DNA of 33,993 nt from Holosporales bacterium (GTDB taxonomy: Bacteria > Pseudomonadota > Alphaproteobacteria > Caedimonadales > UBA9215). The position numbers were made by a program, and so were the translations under genes. The stretch spans positions 1 through 33,993 of the forward strand of contig DOCA01000189.1 of the NCBI GenBank assembly GCA_003503995.1. Direction: 5' to 3'. Under the pieces are notes generated by a model. That model had not been told where the DNA came from. It made no database searches and saw only the letters and a list, made by a program, of their open reading frames with translations. Shown here piece by piece: positions 33,010 to 33,993 of the stretch; the first letter of the stretch is position 1; each line of letters starts with the position of its first letter.

Positions 33010-33327
33010 TTAAGACCCCATAAAACGCGCTTGAAGCATGTCAAGATTCCAAACGAACGCCCCTGCAATGATCAATACACACGCTCCTAAAATCAAAGAC
33101 CCCTTTTGCAGCGCTCCCCACAGACCTATTCCAGTTCCAACAAATGTCCCGATATATCCCAGTGGACCATCAATAACAGCAACGGCTGATTTAGAAGCTG
33201 CATCCAAGTCTGCGAGTTGGCTAGCTTCAGCCGTAGCCGAAAAATATAAAACGCCTAGAAGAGATAAATAAGCTCCCGTGCCTTTTTTGTTTAAATAGCT
33301 CGTTAATTTTTTGAAGTTTTTTTTCAT
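33010..33327 (-). CDS. Pilin-like protein (105-aa precursor; predicted 35-aa leader, 70-aa mature two-helix polypeptide)
   Basis: MKKNFKKLTSYLNKKGTGAYLSLLGVLYFSATAEA | SQLADLDAASKSAVAVIDGPLGYIGTFVGTGIGLWGALQKGSLILGACVLIIAGAFVWNLDMLQARFMGS. The two hydrophobic helices are separated by QKGS. AAGGAG RBS 7 nt upstream. Confidence 0.6.
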   Translation of the reverse strand: MKKNFKKLTSYLNKKGTGAYLSLLGVLYFSATAEASQLADLDAASKSAVAVIDGPLGYIGTFVGTGIGLWGALQKGSLILGACVLIIAGAFVWNLDMLQARFMGS

Positions 33328-33328
33328 T

Positions 33329-33979
33329 TTATTTCTCCTTTTTTGAAATAATGACGAGGTTTGTGCTCCCATAAGGAGCAAGGGTGTTTTCAGAAAGACG
33401 ACCGCCTTCGTTGGGATCAACAAAAAGGTCTGCTAATAGGGAAATGGGCTCTGATGATTTGGAAACCACCTGACAAAGGGCAATATTATAATGGCCATTG
33501 GAAAAACGATCAAATTCACGGGCTGTTGCCTTTTCCGTGACACGCTTATCTTTTTTAGGACTTTCTCGTTTAAATCCCCTTGGAATCTCTCCAAGAAGCG
33601 CAACAGACAACCAACGCTCCATTTGTTCTTTAGAAGCATTAGGGGATTCCTTGCGTTTTAAAATAAGAGGCGTTGGTGTTTTACTCGACAAGCTAAGTTT
33701 TAAATCTTGCGTTACACCATCACTAGAAATGACCGTCAGAAAAATAGGTCCACTCACACCAGCAGGGGCAAGAAAGATATGTCCTGACTTATGCGGATAA
33801 ATACTCTCCTCAACACCTCCTGGATAGACAAACATATCCTTAATAACATCATTCTCAATGGAAATACGGGTGAGTCCTGTATTACTAACAGTGAAATTCA
33901 AGACCTTATTTTCGTTCATTTCTGTCGCGGCATTCAAACTTGTGGCACAAATACAAGCCAGCATTATTCTACTTTTCAT
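33329..33979 (-). CDS. traK: TraK (F-type, VirB9-like)
   Basis: Signal peptide, then LNFTVSNTGLTRISIENDVIKDMFVYPG matches the TraK N-terminal domain. AAGGAG RBS. Precedes traB. Confidence 0.85.
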   Translation of the reverse strand: MKSRIMLACICATSLNAATEMNENKVLNFTVSNTGLTRISIENDVIKDMFVYPGGVEESIYPHKSGHIFLAPAGVSGPIFLTVISSDGVTQDLKLSLSSKTPTPLILKRKESPNASKEQMERWLSVALLGEIPRGFKRESPKKDKRVTEKATAREFDRFSNGHYNIALCQVVSKSSEPISLLADLFVDPNEGGRLSENTLAPYGSTNLVIISKKEK

Positions 33980-33993
33980 CTTTAAGCTCCTTT

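Larger units (their letters stand above)
1..33993. mobile_element. Segment of a conjugative element (plasmid or ICE): F-type Mpf operon plus Ti/MOBQ-type Dtr module, with accessory cargo between and inside them
   Basis: Thirteen recognisable F-type tra/trb products in canonical order on the minus strand. TraA relaxase-helicase with divergent small TraC/TraD-like genes. Resolvase and three toxin-antitoxin-type loci. No integrase or att site is visible in the window. Confidence 0.85.

Noticed and set aside
11890-33423. Longer N-terminal extensions offered by the ORF track for the recombinase (11890), traF (23918), the small protein (28355), traV (31798), traB (33068) and the pilin-like gene (33423)
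   Set aside because: Each extension overlaps the upstream gene or adds non-conserved residues. Internal ATGs (11944, 23804, 28316, 31756, 33008, 33327) have Shine-Dalgarno sequences (except 11944 and 33008, where none is clear) and give proper signal peptides or conserved N-termini.
16991-33985. Short ORFs nested in or antisense to tra genes (for example 16991-17254, 18009-18194, 19065-19271, 19913-20269, 22307-22597, 24293-24720, 25105-25374, 25974-26339, 27557-28049, 30026-30371, 30703-30987, 31786-32001, 33038-33271, 33433-33800, 33791-33985)
   Set aside because: Each overlaps a confidently identified Tra protein frame. None has a recognisable motif or translation signals.
1-33993. Looked for CRISPR arrays, tRNA/rRNA genes, IS elements with terminal inverted repeats, and integrase/att junctions
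   Set aside because: I saw no regularly spaced short repeats, no cloverleaf-like or rRNA-like segments and no transposase or tyrosine-integrase motifs. The only tandem repeats are the in-frame zinc-ribbon units and the 9-bp operator triplet.

Overview
This AT-rich window is almost entirely one segment of a conjugative element (plasmid or ICE). Host and replicon type cannot be determined from the sequence alone. Two transfer modules of different ancestry sit side by side. (1) Positions 4438-10550 hold a Ti/MOBQ-type DNA-processing module: small TraC_Ti- and TraD_Ti-like accessory genes, a hairpin-rich candidate oriT, and a 1760-aa TraA combining a MobA/MobL relaxase, a RecD-like helicase, a low-complexity linker and a Toprim primase-like domain. 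(2) Positions 16588-33979 (minus strand) hold an F-type mating-pair-formation operon: traK, a pilin-like gene, traB, traV, traC, traW, a small membrane gene, traU, trbC, traN, traF, traH, traG and the coupling protein traD. traE and traL presumably lie beyond the right edge. To my knowledge, this pairing of an F-like T4SS with Ti-like TraA/TraD is known from Rickettsiales amplified genetic elements and the Protochlamydia genomic island. The less ordinary content is accessory. It includes a ParB-like plus Cys/His-nuclease-like (DUF1173-like) pair bracketed by an 88-bp duplication of the traD_Ti 3' end. A protein of six tandem zinc-ribbon repeats follows traA. A serine recombinase with res-like repeats precedes a HEPN (Rx5H, AbiU2-like) gene, an unknown 216-aa gene and higBA. 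There is also an RHH-fusion protein with an operator-like palindrome. A relBE locus lies antisense inside the tra operon, and its triple 9-bp repeat overlaps the trbC start codons. An opposite-strand membrane-protein gene sits at the traS/traT position. My best candidates for an undescribed system are the recombinase-HEPN-216aa block, the ParB/DUF1173-like pair and the zinc-ribbon repeat protein. All family assignments come from motif recognition by eye. No searches were run.
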